A stretch of DNA of 64,000 bases from Halanaerobiales bacterium (GTDB lineage Bacteria > Bacillota > Halanaerobiia > Halanaerobiales > M55B127). The notes below the pieces were generated by a model, which was not told the DNA's origin, ran no database searches, and worked only from the letters and a program-made list of their open reading frames with translations. Shown here piece by piece: positions 29,738 through 41,097 of this stretch. The DNA is taken from assembly GCA_046482435.1 (NCBI GenBank), contig JAWOEZ010000089.1, positions 1,183-65,182 of the forward strand, given 5' to 3'. Every line of letters begins with the position of its first letter. Position 1 is the stretch's first letter. Both the position numbers and the translations under genes were made by a program.

Positions 29738-30853
29738 TTAAATATAACTCCAAGGATTAGAATTAAGATTAGAAATAATAACATCAAATTCTAATTTATC
29801 TGCTTTTTTCACTTGCTTTAAATATTCTCCGATTAATTCCTTAAAAATTACTTCAGTTTGATAATGCCCTGCATCCACTAAATTCAATTCTAATTCTTCA
29901 GCTAGCTGAGCTTGATGATACTTTACATCTCCTGTTATATAAAGATCAGCTCCTTTAGCCTTCGCCAAACTTATAAAATCAGCACCGGCTCCGCTGCAGA
30001 TAGCCACTTTACAAATATCTTCCTGAAAATTCCCTCTTACTTTAAGTTTATCTATCTGTAAAGTATTTTTGATTAATTTACAATATTTTTTTAAATTTAT
30101 AGTTTCTTTTAATTCACCTATTCTTCCTAATCCTTTATATTGAGATTGATATGGTAATTTATATATATCATAGGCTACTTCTTCATAAGGATGGGCTTTT
30201 AAGATTCCTTTTACCACATTATCAACTTTATTTTCTGGGACAACTGTTTCTATTTTAATTTCATTAACCTCTTTTAATTCCCCTTTTTTACCTAAATGAG
30301 GAGTCGTATCCTCTCCAGGTAAAAAAGTTCCTTCACCTCTTATAGAAAAAGAAGTATTACTGTAACTACCTATCTTACCTGCCCCTTTTTTAAAGATTGC
30401 TTTTTTAACCTCTTCCACGTTATCATATGGGGTATAAACTGCTAATTTGTATAGTTCAGTTTCATTTTCCTTTGATAGTATTTCAGTGTTAATTATATTA
30501 AGTTTTTCTGCCAATAGATCATTTAACCCCTTCTCTGCAATGTCAATATTAGTATGGGCAGAGTAAATAGCGATATCATTCTTAATAGCTTTAATAATTG
30601 TTCGCCCTTTTGATGTTTGAGAATGGATGTTTTCAATACCATTAAATAATAATGGATGATGTGTAATAATTAAATCAGCATTTTTTTTCATTGCTTCTTC
30701 AATAATCTCCTCGGTAATATCTAAAGCTATAAGTATTCTATTAATATCATTTCTATAGTCTCCGACTTGAAGGCCCACATTATCCCATTCAAGTGCGTCT
30801 CGATGTGGTGCTAACTTAGACATAGATGTTACTATTTGCTGTAAATTACTCAT
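29738..30853 (-). CDS. Nif3-like dinuclear metal centre protein (YqfO/GTP cyclohydrolase 1 type 2 homologue)
   Basis: 371 aa with DNVGLQVG, ITHHPL, YSAHTNID and a PII-like insert, which is the Nif3 family layout. Confidence 0.9.
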   Translation of the reverse strand: MSNLQQIVTSMSKLAPHRDALEWDNVGLQVGDYRNDINRILIALDITEEIIEEAMKKNADLIITHHPLLFNGIENIHSQTSKGRTIIKAIKNDIAIYSAHTNIDIAEKGLNDLLAEKLNIINTEILSKENETELYKLAVYTPYDNVEEVKKAIFKKGAGKIGSYSNTSFSIRGEGTFLPGEDTTPHLGKKGELKEVNEIKIETVVPENKVDNVVKGILKAHPYEEVAYDIYKLPYQSQYKGLGRIGELKETINLKKYCKLIKNTLQIDKLKVRGNFQEDICKVAICSGAGADFISLAKAKGADLYITGDVKYHQAQLAEELELNLVDAGHYQTEVIFKELIGEYLKQVKKADKLEFDVIISNLNSNPWSYI

Positions 30854-30887
30854 TTAATTCACCTCATAATATTATTATTTTTATAAT

Positions 30888-30920
30888 TAAAAAAACCTTG
30901 CTCAATTTAAAGAACAAGGT
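30888..30920 (-). terminator. Rho-independent terminator after the tRNA
   Basis: ACCUUGUUC-loop-GAGCAAGGU plus a U7 run on the minus strand. Confidence 0.55.
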
Positions 30921-30930
30921 CTGATTGCAT

Positions 30931-31007
30931 TGGTGGGCCTACTAGGATTCGAACCTAGGACTAACCGGTTATGAGCCGGTTGCTCTGACCAGCTGAGCTA
31001 TAGGCCC
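30931..31007 (-). tRNA. tRNA with CAT anticodon: elongator Met or lysidine-modified Ile2 (not initiator); CCA encoded
   Basis: Minus strand GGGCCTATAGCTCAGCTGGTCAGAGCAACCGGCTCATAACCGGTTAGTCCTAGGTTCGAATCCTAGTAGGCCCACCA folds as a cloverleaf: 7-bp acceptor, anticodon stem ACCGG/CCGGT, T-loop GTTCGAATC. Position 1-72 is a G-C pair and there is no GGG/CCC anticodon stem, so it is not tRNA-fMet. Confidence 0.92.
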
Positions 31008-31048
31008 TTTATATTAAGCTTTCATGTTTATTTCTTAACACAAAAGTA

Positions 31049-31077
31049 ATTATATGATAGAATTCATTAGAGGTCAA
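31049..31077 (-). promoter_or_regulatory. Near-consensus sigma-70 promoter for the tRNA
   Basis: TTGACC-17 nt-TATAAT, with the -10 box about 42 nt upstream of the tRNA 5' end. Confidence 0.55.
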
Positions 31078-31161
31078 AGACATTTAAGTCTATCTAATGT
31101 AAGTTTATATAAATTATCTTATAAATGCTGTGTTATAGTCACTATTACTCTCAAATACTAA

Positions 31162-32241
31162 TTAACTCAAATAATCTTTTAATTTCTTACTTCTACTAGG
31201 ATGTCTGAGTTTTCTTAAGGCCTTAGCTTCTATCTGTCTAATTCTTTCCCTTGTTACTCCAAACTCTTTACCTACTTCTTCTAATGTTCTAGGCCTGCCG
31301 TCTTCAATACCAAATCTTAATTCTAAAACTCTTTTTTCTCTATCTGTTAATGTATCTAAAACATTATCTAATTGGTCTCTTAATAGCATATAAGAAGCTG
31401 CAGAGGCCGGAGCTGGTGCATCCTCATCTTCAATGAAATCACCTAGATGACTATCTTCTTCTTCCCCAATTGGAGTTTCTAAAGATACAGGTTCCTGAGC
31501 AATCTTTTTAATTTCTCTAACTTTATCAGCACTCATATCCATTTCTTCTCCAATCTCTTCTGGAGTAGGTTCTCTACCTTTTTCCTGTAATAGTTGTCTT
31601 GAAACCCGAATTAACTTATTAATAGTTTCTACCATATGCACAGGTATCCTAATAGTTCTCGCCTGGTCAGCAATAGAACGTGTAATAGCCTGTCTAATCC
31701 ACCAGGTGGCATACGTACTAAATTTATAGCCTTTAGTATAGTCAAATTTTTCAACTGCTTTCATGAGGCCCATATTACCTTCTTGAATAAGGTCTAGAAA
31801 TAGCATGCCTCTTCCTACATATTTTTTGGCAATACTAACCACCAATCTGAGGTTGGCTTCTACTAATTGTCTTTTGGCCTCCATATCGCCCTGTTCCATT
31901 CTCTTGGCAAGATCTACCTCTTCTTCGGCAGTTAATAAATCTACTTTACCAATTTCTTTTAAATACATACGAACAGGATCATCTATTCCAACTCCCTGGG
32001 GGATGCTTAAATCTAATTCATCATCGTCCTCTTCATCCTCATCATTAGAATCTTTTTCAATAATATCAATATCCATTCCAGTAAATATTTCATAGATTTT
32101 TTCAATTTCTTCTTCATCTAATTCAACATCTTCCAGGGAACTCATTATTTGTTCATAAGTTAATTCGCCTTCTTCTTTTCCTTTTTCTATCAATTCTTTG
32201 ACTTGATCGATATTTTCTGGTATAACATTTTTGTTAGCCAT
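31162..32241 (-). CDS. rpoD: RNA polymerase sigma factor RpoD/SigA
   Basis: Acidic region 1, region 2.4 ([12 protein letters not shown]) and region 4.2 ([20 protein letters not shown]) are present. Confidence 0.95.
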   Translation of the reverse strand: MANKNVIPENIDQVKELIEKGKEEGELTYEQIMSSLEDVELDEEEIEKIYEIFTGMDIDIIEKDSNDEDEEDDDELDLSIPQGVGIDDPVRMYLKEIGKVDLLTAEEEVDLAKRMEQGDMEAKRQLVEANLRLVVSIAKKYVGRGMLFLDLIQEGNMGLMKAVEKFDYTKGYKFSTYATWWIRQAITRSIADQARTIRIPVHMVETINKLIRVSRQLLQEKGREPTPEEIGEEMDMSADKVREIKKIAQEPVSLETPIGEEEDSHLGDFIEDEDAPAPASAASYMLLRDQLDNVLDTLTDREKRVLELRFGIEDGRPRTLEEVGKEFGVTRERIRQIEAKALRKLRHPSRSKKLKDYLS

Positions 32242-32258
32242 ATATATTACCTCCTTTC

Positions 32259-34010
32259 TTAAATCTTTAATATGTCAAAATAATCTCTTAAGAGATTATT
32301 GATTTCATTCGTATTTTCTTTTTCACCTTTTAATTTATTATGAATTTCTTTTTTTGCTCTTTTTTTATAATCCTTTTTAATCATATCAATTAAGGCAGCA
32401 AACTTATCTTGACTAACTTTTTGTCTTTCTTTAACGGTTAAAATCATAAAATATTCGAGTAAATCTTCATCCTCAATCTCTTCTTCAATATTCATTTTTT
32501 TTATGTTAAATCCTTTTTCAAGTACCACACTAAAAGCTTTTTTATATATACCGTTAAAATATTCAGGTTTAATCTCATTTCTGATTTTTTTAATTCTTTC
32601 AGGATTATCAATTAAAGTTTTCAATAAAAGATCTTGATAGTTTAATTTTTTAATATCTTTTTCGGAACCCTTTTCTTTTATTCTATTCTTATTATCATTT
32701 TCCTGCTTGTTTTTTTGATTAAAAGATTTTAAAGCTTCTTGCATAGCATTTTTATCAATATTTAAAATCTCAGCAGCCTTGTTCAAATAAACATCTTGTT
32801 CAATAGGATCTTCTATTTGGGAAATAATGTTCAAAACTTTTTTAGACCGGTTAATCCTTTGATTTATATTATAACTTTCTTTTTTGTTAACAACTCTTCT
32901 TATTTTGAATTCTATTAGATTATAAGAATTATTCATTAATTTTTCAAACTTTTTCACACCTTTTTCTTTTATAAAATCATCAGGGTCTTCCCCTTCAGGT
33001 AATTCAATAACTCTTACGTTTAAATCAACTTTCTTTAATATATTTAACCCCTTTAAAGTCGCTTTTTCACCAGCAAAGTCCGGATCAAATGCAATATATA
33101 CAGTATCAATATACCTTTTCAATATTTTAGCTTGACTTGGAGTCAAAGCAGTACCTAAAGAAGCTACTGCATTATTTAAACCATATTTATGTGCAGTTAT
33201 TACATCAGTATAACCTTCCATGATTATTGCACTGTTGGTCTCTCTAAATCCTTTTTTAGCCCAATTCAAACCATACAGATTTTTACTTTTATGAAAAATT
33301 GGAGTTTCAGGAGAATTGTAGTATTTAGGAGAATTTTCATCTTCATCATTTAATCTTCTACCACCAAATGCAATAACTTCACCTTGAGAATTAAAAATCG
33401 GAAACATAATCCTATCGCGAAATTTATCATAGTAATTACTATTCTTATTCCCAATCAATCCAGATTCAGTTAAGATTTTATTCTCATAATCTCTTTTAGA
33501 TAAAAAATTATATAAACTATGCCAACTGTCGGGGGCATAACCCAAATGATATCTTTCAATATCTTTCTCTGTATATCCGCGATTGGATAGATATTTAAAA
33601 GCTTCATTACCAATCTGTTTGTTTAACAGTAAATAATTATAAAACTTAGCTGCAAGTTGGTGAATTTCAAATATCTTTTCTCTTTTTCTATTATATTCCT
33701 TTGAATAACCCTTAGTATCAGGCATTTCCATATTGTTTTTCTTAGCCAAAAGCCTTAAGCTTTCATAAAAAGTAATATTTTCAATTTCCATTATAAAATT
33801 AAAAATATCCCCACCTTTTCCACAACCAAAACAATAATAAAATTGATTATCTGGATTAACAGTAAAGGATGGAGTATTTTCTTGATGAAATGGGCAAAGC
33901 CCTTGATAATTTTTTCCTGTTCTTTTTAAATTAACGTATTCAGAAACCACCTCAACAATATCAGTTTGTTCTTTTACTTTATCACTAAAATTATTATTAT
34001 TTTGTCTCAT
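32259..34010 (-). CDS. dnaG: DNA primase
   Basis: Zn ribbon ([13 protein letters not shown]...CFGCGKGG) and a TOPRIM domain (EGYTDVI). Start set to the ATG at 34010. Confidence 0.95.
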   Translation of the reverse strand: MRQNNNNFSDKVKEQTDIVEVVSEYVNLKRTGKNYQGLCPFHQENTPSFTVNPDNQFYYCFGCGKGGDIFNFIMEIENITFYESLRLLAKKNNMEMPDTKGYSKEYNRKREKIFEIHQLAAKFYNYLLLNKQIGNEAFKYLSNRGYTEKDIERYHLGYAPDSWHSLYNFLSKRDYENKILTESGLIGNKNSNYYDKFRDRIMFPIFNSQGEVIAFGGRRLNDEDENSPKYYNSPETPIFHKSKNLYGLNWAKKGFRETNSAIIMEGYTDVITAHKYGLNNAVASLGTALTPSQAKILKRYIDTVYIAFDPDFAGEKATLKGLNILKKVDLNVRVIELPEGEDPDDFIKEKGVKKFEKLMNNSYNLIEFKIRRVVNKKESYNINQRINRSKKVLNIISQIEDPIEQDVYLNKAAEILNIDKNAMQEALKSFNQKNKQENDNKNRIKEKGSEKDIKKLNYQDLLLKTLIDNPERIKKIRNEIKPEYFNGIYKKAFSVVLEKGFNIKKMNIEEEIEDEDLLEYFMILTVKERQKVSQDKFAALIDMIKKDYKKRAKKEIHNKLKGEKENTNEINNLLRDYFDILKI

Positions 34011-34128
34011 TATTATCATTCCTGCTGTTTATAGTATTCTTTAAAGTTCAAAAAAATCCTTCATTAATAGGATTGGCACATAGTGATTTATTCAGGAGTA
34101 AAAGTTAAATTCCTGCATGAAAATATAT

Positions 34129-35133
34129 TTATTTTACAAACCAAGGTTCTGGAATATATATATCTTTACCAACTTTTATAGCGTAACGGTCTGACATCCC
34201 GGCGATATAGTCGATAATGATTTGTTCTATATCTTCATTTGTTCCTTTTATAAATTCTTTAGGTAATCTGTCAGGATTATTTTTATAAAAGTCATAAAGT
34301 AATTTAATTAATCTCTTAGCTTTTTCCTCTTCACTTTTAGCTAGGGAGCCAAAATAAATGTTATCAAACAGAAACTTTCTTAACTGCTGAGTTGCCTTAT
34401 AAACCTTTTTACCCCTTTTTATTTCACTTTTTTTCATGCTTTTATTTATCATGTCTCTGACCATTGTATCAATCCGCTGAGAGTGGGTCTCGCCGAGAAC
34501 TTCTAAAGCCTCTTGTGGTAAATCAATAAGTTCTATTAAACCAGCTCTTAAAGCATCATCTATATCATGGTTAATATAAGCAATTCGGTCTGCTATTCTA
34601 ACAATACAACCTTCTAGAGTCTCGGGTTTATTTTGCCCAGTATGATTAGCAATCCCATCTCTGACTTCTTTGGTTAAATTTAAACCTGGTATCTCTTTTT
34701 TTCTTTTCTCTAATACCTCCACTACTCTTAAACTTTGTTTATTATGAGAAAACTCACCATCACATACCTCATTGATAGCCGCTTCTCCGGCATGACCAAA
34801 TGGGGTATGACCTAAATCATGTCCTAAAGATATTGCCTCTGTTAAGTCTTCATTTAAACGTAAACTTCTAGCGATAGTCCTTGCAATTTGGGAAACTTCT
34901 AATGTATGAGTGAGTCTGGTCCTATAGTGGTCCCCTTCAGGAGCAATAAATACTTGAGTTTTATGCTTTAATCTCCTAAAAGCCTTAGAGTGAATAATTC
35001 TATCGCGGTCTCTTTGAAAACAAGTTCTAAAATCACATTTTTCTTCTTCATATTTCCTACCAGCACTATCAAAGCTGCATTGAGCATATTGAGAAAGTTC
35101 TCTTTTCTCTTTATCTTCAATATATTTTCTCAT
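34129..35133 (-). CDS. dGTPase-like HD-domain triphosphohydrolase
   Basis: FQRDRDRIIHS, RTRLTHTLEV and HDLGHTPFGH motifs are present. 334 aa. Confidence 0.85.
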   Translation of the reverse strand: MRKYIEDKEKRELSQYAQCSFDSAGRKYEEEKCDFRTCFQRDRDRIIHSKAFRRLKHKTQVFIAPEGDHYRTRLTHTLEVSQIARTIARSLRLNEDLTEAISLGHDLGHTPFGHAGEAAINEVCDGEFSHNKQSLRVVEVLEKRKKEIPGLNLTKEVRDGIANHTGQNKPETLEGCIVRIADRIAYINHDIDDALRAGLIELIDLPQEALEVLGETHSQRIDTMVRDMINKSMKKSEIKRGKKVYKATQQLRKFLFDNIYFGSLAKSEEEKAKRLIKLLYDFYKNNPDRLPKEFIKGTNEDIEQIIIDYIAGMSDRYAIKVGKDIYIPEPWFVK

Positions 35134-35242
35134 AAAATCTTTCCCCTTTTTTTTATAAAAATTAAAAGAAAGAAGAATCCATACTAATAAGCATGAATCC
35201 TCCTCTCAATAAAAAGTATTTTATATTATTAAAATACTTTCT

Positions 35243-37906
35243 CTATTCCTGGTCTTCTATCTGAGCTTGAGCAGCAGATAACCTAGCAATCGGTACTCTA
35301 AATGGAGAACAAGATACGTAATTTAATCCTGCTCTATGACAGAATTTTACTGAACTAGGTTCTCCCCCATGTTCACCACAAATACCAACTTTTAGGTCTT
35401 CTCTAGTAGAGCGGCCTTTTTCCACAGCAATCTTCATTAATTCGCCGACTCCTTCTTGATCTAAGACCTGGAATGGATTATTCTCAAAGACGTTATCTTC
35501 AATATATTGAGCTAAGAATTTACCTTCTGCATCATCCCGGCTGAAACCGTAAGTAGTCTGAGTCAGGTCGTTAGTACCAAAGGAAAAGAATTCTGCATCT
35601 TCTGCTATTTTATCAGCAGTAATACAGGCCCTGGGTAGTTCAATCATTGTCCCAATTGAATAATCTAATTCAGCACCTAATTCAGATAACACTTCTTCAG
35701 CAGCATTTTTGGCAACTTCTTTAGTAAGTTTCAATTCACTAATATCAGACACTAATGGAATCATTACTTCTGGAGTTACTTCTTTACCTTCAAGTACTAG
35801 TTCACCTGCTGCTTCAAAGATTGCTCTAACTTGCATGGCATAAATTTCAGGATAACTAACTCCTAATCTACAACCACGGTGGCCGAGCATCGGGTTAACT
35901 TCTTCAAGGCGTTCCATAGCTTTTAGCATATTTTGTTTTTCTTTTAATTTTTTATCATCATTTCCTTTGATTTTTAATTCGGTTACTTCTATAAGCAATT
36001 CATCATGATCAGGTAAAAATTCATGTAGGGGAGGATCTAATAATCGAATAGTAACTGGTCTTGCTCCCATAGCTTCAAAAATACCCTTAAAATCTTCTTT
36101 CTGCATGGGCTGTAGTTTATCTAGTGCCTCTTTTCTTGTATCTTTGTCTACCGCAAGAATCATATCTTGCACGATAGGTAAGCGATCTTCTGCAAAAAAC
36201 ATATGCTCTGTCCTCGTTAAACCAATACCTTCTGCTCCATATTCAATTGCTTTTGCAGCATCTTCTGGAGTATCAGCATTAGTTCTCACTCCTATCCTTC
36301 TAAATTTATCTGCCCATATCATAATTTGCTCGAAGTTTTCATCCATTTCGGGATCAATTGTTGGAGCTACACCATAAGATACTTCTCCGTTTCCACCATC
36401 TATTGTAATATATTCATCTTTTTTAATAGTCCGTCCATCTACAGTAAATTCTTCCTTTTCATAATCTACATTGATATCTTCACAGCCTGCAACCGCTGGT
36501 TTACCCATCCCACGGGCTACAACTGCAGCATGACTTGTCATACCACCACGAGAAGTTAATATACCTTGGGCGGCTGCCATTCCATGGATATCCTCAGGTG
36601 AAGTTTCAGTTCTTACAAGAATTACCTCTTCCCCTGCATCGCCTCTTTCTGCAGCTTCATCAGAATCAAATACTACCTCACCAGAAGCAGCTCCAGGTGA
36701 AGCATCTAAACCAACTGCTAAAATATCTACATCAGCTTCTGGATCTATTCTCTTATGAAGTAATTGATCTAATTTTTTTGGTTCAATTCTCATAACTGCT
36801 GTTTCTTTATCAATTAAACCTTCCTCTTCCATATCTGCAGCTATTTTGACAGCAGCACTTGCTGTTCTTTTGCCTGTCCTAGTTTGAAGCATAAATAATT
36901 CACCTTGCTGAATTGTAAATTCAACATCTTGAACATCTTTATAATGCTGCTCTAATTTTTCAAAAATTTCAACCAACTGTTCATATGCTTCAGGCATATC
37001 ATTTTTTAACTCCAAAATATCTTTTGGAGTACGTACCCCAGATACTACGTCTTCACCTTGTGCATTCTTTAAGTATTCACCGTAATATTTTTTCTCGCCA
37101 GTAGATGGATTACGGGTAAATGCTACCCCAGTACCACAATTTTCTCCCATATTACCATAAACCATAGTCTGAACATTAACAGCAGTACCCCAGTGATGAG
37201 GAATATCATTTAAATTTCTATAACTGATAGCTCTTTCATTATTCCAGGAACCAAATACAGCTGTGATCGCCTTCCAAAGTTGTTCTTTTGGCTCTTCTGG
37301 AAAATCAACACCGGTTTCTTTTTTAATATGGGCCTTAAATTCTTCAACTAATTCTTTAAGGGCTTCAACACCTAAATCAGTATCTACTTCAGCATCATAT
37401 TCTTCTTTTTTCTTTTCAATAATTTCTTCAAAATCGCTCCCGTCCATACCAAGGACAACACCACCGTACATTTGGACAAATCTGCGGTATGAATCATAAG
37501 CAAATCTTTGATTACCAGTTTGTTTAGCTAAACCTTTGACAGTTGCATTATTTAATCCAAGGTTTAATACAGTGTCCATCATACCAGGCATAGACTCACG
37601 TGCACCAGATCTAACAGATACTAATAATGGATCCTTGGGGTCGCCCAATTCCTTACCCATTAGATTTTCAAGTCTATCTAGATTTTCTTCTAATTCTTCT
37701 TCTAGACCTTCTGGATAATTTTCATCATTTTCATAATATAATGTACAGACCTCAGTAGTTATAGTAAATCCTGGTGGAACGTTAATGCCTAGATTAGTCA
37801 TTTCAGCTAAATTGGCGCCTTTACCACCGAGTAAGTTTTTTAGCTCTGTTCTACCATCAGCTTCTCCACCACCGAAAAAGTATACATATTTTTTTTCTTC
37901 AGTCAT
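35243..37906 (-). CDS. ppdK: Pyruvate, phosphate dikinase
   Basis: ~887 aa. It has an ATP-grasp N-terminus, the phosphohistidine swivel (GGMTSHAAVVARG) and a PEP-utilising C-terminus (GICGEHGG). Start set to the ATG at 37906 after GGAGG. Confidence 0.95.
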   Translation of the reverse strand: MTEEKKYVYFFGGGEADGRTELKNLLGGKGANLAEMTNLGINVPPGFTITTEVCTLYYENDENYPEGLEEELEENLDRLENLMGKELGDPKDPLLVSVRSGARESMPGMMDTVLNLGLNNATVKGLAKQTGNQRFAYDSYRRFVQMYGGVVLGMDGSDFEEIIEKKKEEYDAEVDTDLGVEALKELVEEFKAHIKKETGVDFPEEPKEQLWKAITAVFGSWNNERAISYRNLNDIPHHWGTAVNVQTMVYGNMGENCGTGVAFTRNPSTGEKKYYGEYLKNAQGEDVVSGVRTPKDILELKNDMPEAYEQLVEIFEKLEQHYKDVQDVEFTIQQGELFMLQTRTGKRTASAAVKIAADMEEEGLIDKETAVMRIEPKKLDQLLHKRIDPEADVDILAVGLDASPGAASGEVVFDSDEAAERGDAGEEVILVRTETSPEDIHGMAAAQGILTSRGGMTSHAAVVARGMGKPAVAGCEDINVDYEKEEFTVDGRTIKKDEYITIDGGNGEVSYGVAPTIDPEMDENFEQIMIWADKFRRIGVRTNADTPEDAAKAIEYGAEGIGLTRTEHMFFAEDRLPIVQDMILAVDKDTRKEALDKLQPMQKEDFKGIFEAMGARPVTIRLLDPPLHEFLPDHDELLIEVTELKIKGNDDKKLKEKQNMLKAMERLEEVNPMLGHRGCRLGVSYPEIYAMQVRAIFEAAGELVLEGKEVTPEVMIPLVSDISELKLTKEVAKNAAEEVLSELGAELDYSIGTMIELPRACITADKIAEDAEFFSFGTNDLTQTTYGFSRDDAEGKFLAQYIEDNVFENNPFQVLDQEGVGELMKIAVEKGRSTREDLKVGICGEHGGEPSSVKFCHRAGLNYVSCSPFRVPIARLSAAQAQIEDQE

Positions 37907-38141
37907 TAAATTTTTACCTCCTCTAGTTTGTTTAAACATTTAGCCACTATATTAGTTATATAATAACAATTAAATATATTTTTTGGAAATTTAGATACTA
38001 ATATATTTATTGTGATAAACCACCTCCTATTAAATATTTAACACGTAATAGGCTATATTTTTGTAATAAATTACAATTATATTAACATGCAATTATAAGT
38101 ATTCGATACAAATCTTTAAATACCTGCTTGAAATGAAAATT

Positions 38142-40220
38142 TTATTGTTTATAACTAAAGTCACCCAAACTCTTCATTAAGAGCTGGATTTGTTTCAGTA
38201 AAGCCAATCTATTTTCTTTAACATCTTGATCTTCAGCCATAACTCTTACTTCTTCAAAAAAATCATGGATAGGATCAATTATCTTTATTAAACTGTGATA
38301 AGCATTTTTGAGTTCCTTTTTATTTATATATCTATTTACTTCATCTTTTATTTCCTTGTATTCATTATACAGAACTCTTTCTTCTTCTTTTTCAAATAAA
38401 TCAGAATTTATTTCTTTTTCTTGTTTTTCTTTTATAATACTATCGACTCTATTAAAAGCAGTTAAAAATTCCTGGAAAGAATTTTTATATTTAACCTCAT
38501 CTAAAAGACTAACCGCTTTTTTAACTAGAGGAATAGTAAGAGGTAATCCATATAATACTGTACGGATTATATCAAAATCATATCCCTTTTCTTTGAAAAT
38601 ATATTGTACTCTATCTAACATAAACTCATGAATTTTTGATATTAATTCTTCGGGATCAAGTTTCAATTCTTGTTCTGAATTTTTGAAAACCTCCAGGCTA
38701 TCTTTAAAAAGATTTTCGACCTCAACTTCATAATTTAAATCTTCGATAAGTCTAACTATACCTGTCGCAGCTCTCCTTAATCCATAAGGGTCCTGTGAAC
38801 CAGTTGGAATTAAATTAATACCAAAAAATCCTGTAAGAGTATCAATTTTATCACTTAAACTAACCACTTTACCAAGTTTTGTCCCTGGTAATTTACTATC
38901 GGCTGAATCTGGTAAATAGTGATCTCGAATAGCTAAAGCTATCTCGTCGTTCATCCCCTGTTTTTTAGTATAAACACTTCCCATTATTCCTTGTAATTCT
39001 GGGAACTCCCTTACCACCCGAGATACTAAATCGATCTTAGCATATTTAGAAGCAGATTTTATATTTTCTATTTGTACTTCATTTAAGTCCAATTTTAAAC
39101 CTATCTTTTCACTTAATTCAATATTTCTTTTTGTTTTATCATACATACTTCCAAGTTCTTCTCTTAAAATTAAACCTTTTAAATCTTCTAGAAAATCATT
39201 CAGGTCTTCTTTTACATCTCTCTGGTAATAAAATTCTGCATCTTCTAACCTTGCCTTTAGAACTTTTTCATTACCTTCTCTTACATTATCAATATATTCT
39301 TTTCCACCTTCTTTTACCACAATGAATTTATTACTTAATTCATCTTTTTTATCCCAAAGTGGAAAATATTTTTGATGTTCTTTTAAAGGAGTTACAATAA
39401 CTGGCTCTGGTAATTTTAAATATTTTTCTGCAAAACTAGCCAAGAAGGGACTTGGATTTTCAACTAGATGGACAACTTCCTCCATTAATTGATTATCTAA
39501 TCTGAATTTTAATTTCTTTTCTAATATTATTGTACCGATTTCTTCTAAAATAATTTCCCTTCTTTTCTGAGGTTCTACTATTACATTTCCCTTTTTAAGA
39601 GTCCTTTTATATTCTTGAACCGAACTAACTTCAAATTTCTCATTTGCCATAAACCTATGGCCCCAGGTTTTATTATCTGATTTTAAATGCTCTAATTGGA
39701 ATTCAATAGTTTTATTATTATATAAGGCTAATAACCAATGAATAGGTCGTATAAATTTTAAATCGTGTGCCCCCCATCTCATTGTTATTGGTAGATTTAC
39801 TTCTTTAATCAATCTCTTATAAATTGTTTTAAGAAGTTCGCTGGTTTTCTTCCTGTCTTGTTCAATTACTGCATATAAATATATTCCTCTCTCGGTATCT
39901 CTTTCTTCTAAATCAGGAACTTCAATATTTTGACCTTCCGCAAACCCCTTTGCTGCTTTAGTAGGGTTCCCTTCCTCATCAAAAGCTATATTTTTAGGAG
40001 GTCCTTTAATTTCTTTTATCTCCTGTTTTTGGTATTCAGAAATTCCTTTTACTTCTACCACAATTCTACGTGGAGCACCATAGACTTTAATGTTTTCATA
40101 TTCAATTCTATTTTCGACTAATAATTCCTTCATTTTACTTTTAAAATTGCTGTATATATCTTTAACTAATTTAGCTGGAATTTCCTCAGTTCCTATTTCT
40201 AAGAGACTACGATTACTCAT
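38142..40220 (-). CDS. glyS: Glycine--tRNA ligase beta subunit
   Basis: ~692 aa with [10 protein letters not shown] at the N-terminus. ATG at 40220 follows GGAAGGAAG and overlaps the glyQ end. Confidence 0.95.
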   Translation of the reverse strand: MSNRSLLEIGTEEIPAKLVKDIYSNFKSKMKELLVENRIEYENIKVYGAPRRIVVEVKGISEYQKQEIKEIKGPPKNIAFDEEGNPTKAAKGFAEGQNIEVPDLEERDTERGIYLYAVIEQDRKKTSELLKTIYKRLIKEVNLPITMRWGAHDLKFIRPIHWLLALYNNKTIEFQLEHLKSDNKTWGHRFMANEKFEVSSVQEYKRTLKKGNVIVEPQKRREIILEEIGTIILEKKLKFRLDNQLMEEVVHLVENPSPFLASFAEKYLKLPEPVIVTPLKEHQKYFPLWDKKDELSNKFIVVKEGGKEYIDNVREGNEKVLKARLEDAEFYYQRDVKEDLNDFLEDLKGLILREELGSMYDKTKRNIELSEKIGLKLDLNEVQIENIKSASKYAKIDLVSRVVREFPELQGIMGSVYTKKQGMNDEIALAIRDHYLPDSADSKLPGTKLGKVVSLSDKIDTLTGFFGINLIPTGSQDPYGLRRAATGIVRLIEDLNYEVEVENLFKDSLEVFKNSEQELKLDPEELISKIHEFMLDRVQYIFKEKGYDFDIIRTVLYGLPLTIPLVKKAVSLLDEVKYKNSFQEFLTAFNRVDSIIKEKQEKEINSDLFEKEEERVLYNEYKEIKDEVNRYINKKELKNAYHSLIKIIDPIHDFFEEVRVMAEDQDVKENRLALLKQIQLLMKSLGDFSYKQ

Positions 40221-41097
40221 TGTTAACACTTCCTTCCAGCAAGGGAAAATTTAAGCTCTCTCTTTTTTGAACATATGCTTTAGCACATTTTCTAGCTAGG
40301 TCTCTTACTCTAGCAATATAACCAGTTCTCTCTGATACACTTATTGCCCCTCGCGCCTCTAATAAGTTAAAAACATGAGAACATTTTAAGGTATAATCAT
40401 ATGCTGGATAAACTAAATCTTGTTCGGCTAAGTTTAAAGCCTCATTTTCATATATTTTAAATAACGTATTTAAATTTTCTATATTGGATTCTTCGAAATT
40501 ATATACAGAATTTTCCTTTTCTATCTGGAGATTAACGTTTCTATAATTAATTCCTTCAACCCATTCAATATCAAATATATTATCAACATCTTGTAAATAC
40601 ATTGCTATTCTTTCTAAACCATAAGTGATTTCAGCGGTCACAGGATTACAATCTAGCCCCCCAACTTGTTGAAAATAAGTGAACTGGGTAATCTCCATAC
40701 CATCTAACCAAACTTCCCAACCGAGACCCCAGGCACCCAAAGTTGGGGCTTCCCAGTTATCTTCAACAAATCTTATATCATGTTGTCTGGGTTTAATCCC
40801 CAAAGCTTTTAAACTATCAAGATACATCTCCTGAATATTATCGGGAGAAGGTTTAATTATTACTTGATACTGTAAATACCTCTGCAGACGAAATGGATTC
40901 TCACCATACCGTCCATCTGCTGGTCTTCTACAGGGCTGGACATAACCGGTTTTCCATGGTTCGGGCCCTAATGATCTCAAAAATGTTGAAGGACTCATTG
41001 TTCCTGCGCCAACTTCAGTATCATAGGGTTGTTCAATTATACAATTATGCTTACTCCAAAATTTATGTAAATTTTGTATCATATCTTGAAAATTCAT
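40213..41097 (-). CDS. glyQ: Glycine--tRNA ligase alpha subunit
   Basis: [14 protein letters not shown]... and [16 protein letters not shown]. The sequence aligns along its whole length with my recollection of Bacillus GlyQ. Confidence 0.95.
   Translation of the reverse strand: MNFQDMIQNLHKFWSKHNCIIEQPYDTEVGAGTMSPSTFLRSLGPEPWKTGYVQPCRRPADGRYGENPFRLQRYLQYQVIIKPSPDNIQEMYLDSLKALGIKPRQHDIRFVEDNWEAPTLGAWGLGWEVWLDGMEITQFTYFQQVGGLDCNPVTAEITYGLERIAMYLQDVDNIFDIEWVEGINYRNVNLQIEKENSVYNFEESNIENLNTLFKIYENEALNLAEQDLVYPAYDYTLKCSHVFNLLEARGAISVSERTGYIARVRDLARKCAKAYVQKRESLNFPLLEGSVNNE

Noticed and set aside
31008-31161. A possible additional small RNA between rpoD and the tRNA.
   Set aside because: The interval is explained by the near-consensus tRNA promoter and a short leader. 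No further structure was evident.
37940-38141. A 200-nt ppdK upstream region as a possible riboswitch, including an AGGAGGTGG string at about 38015..38023.
   Set aside because: I recognised no riboswitch core and no terminator/antiterminator pair. The AGGAGG is not followed by a usable start codon. Only the small palindrome was kept as a finding.
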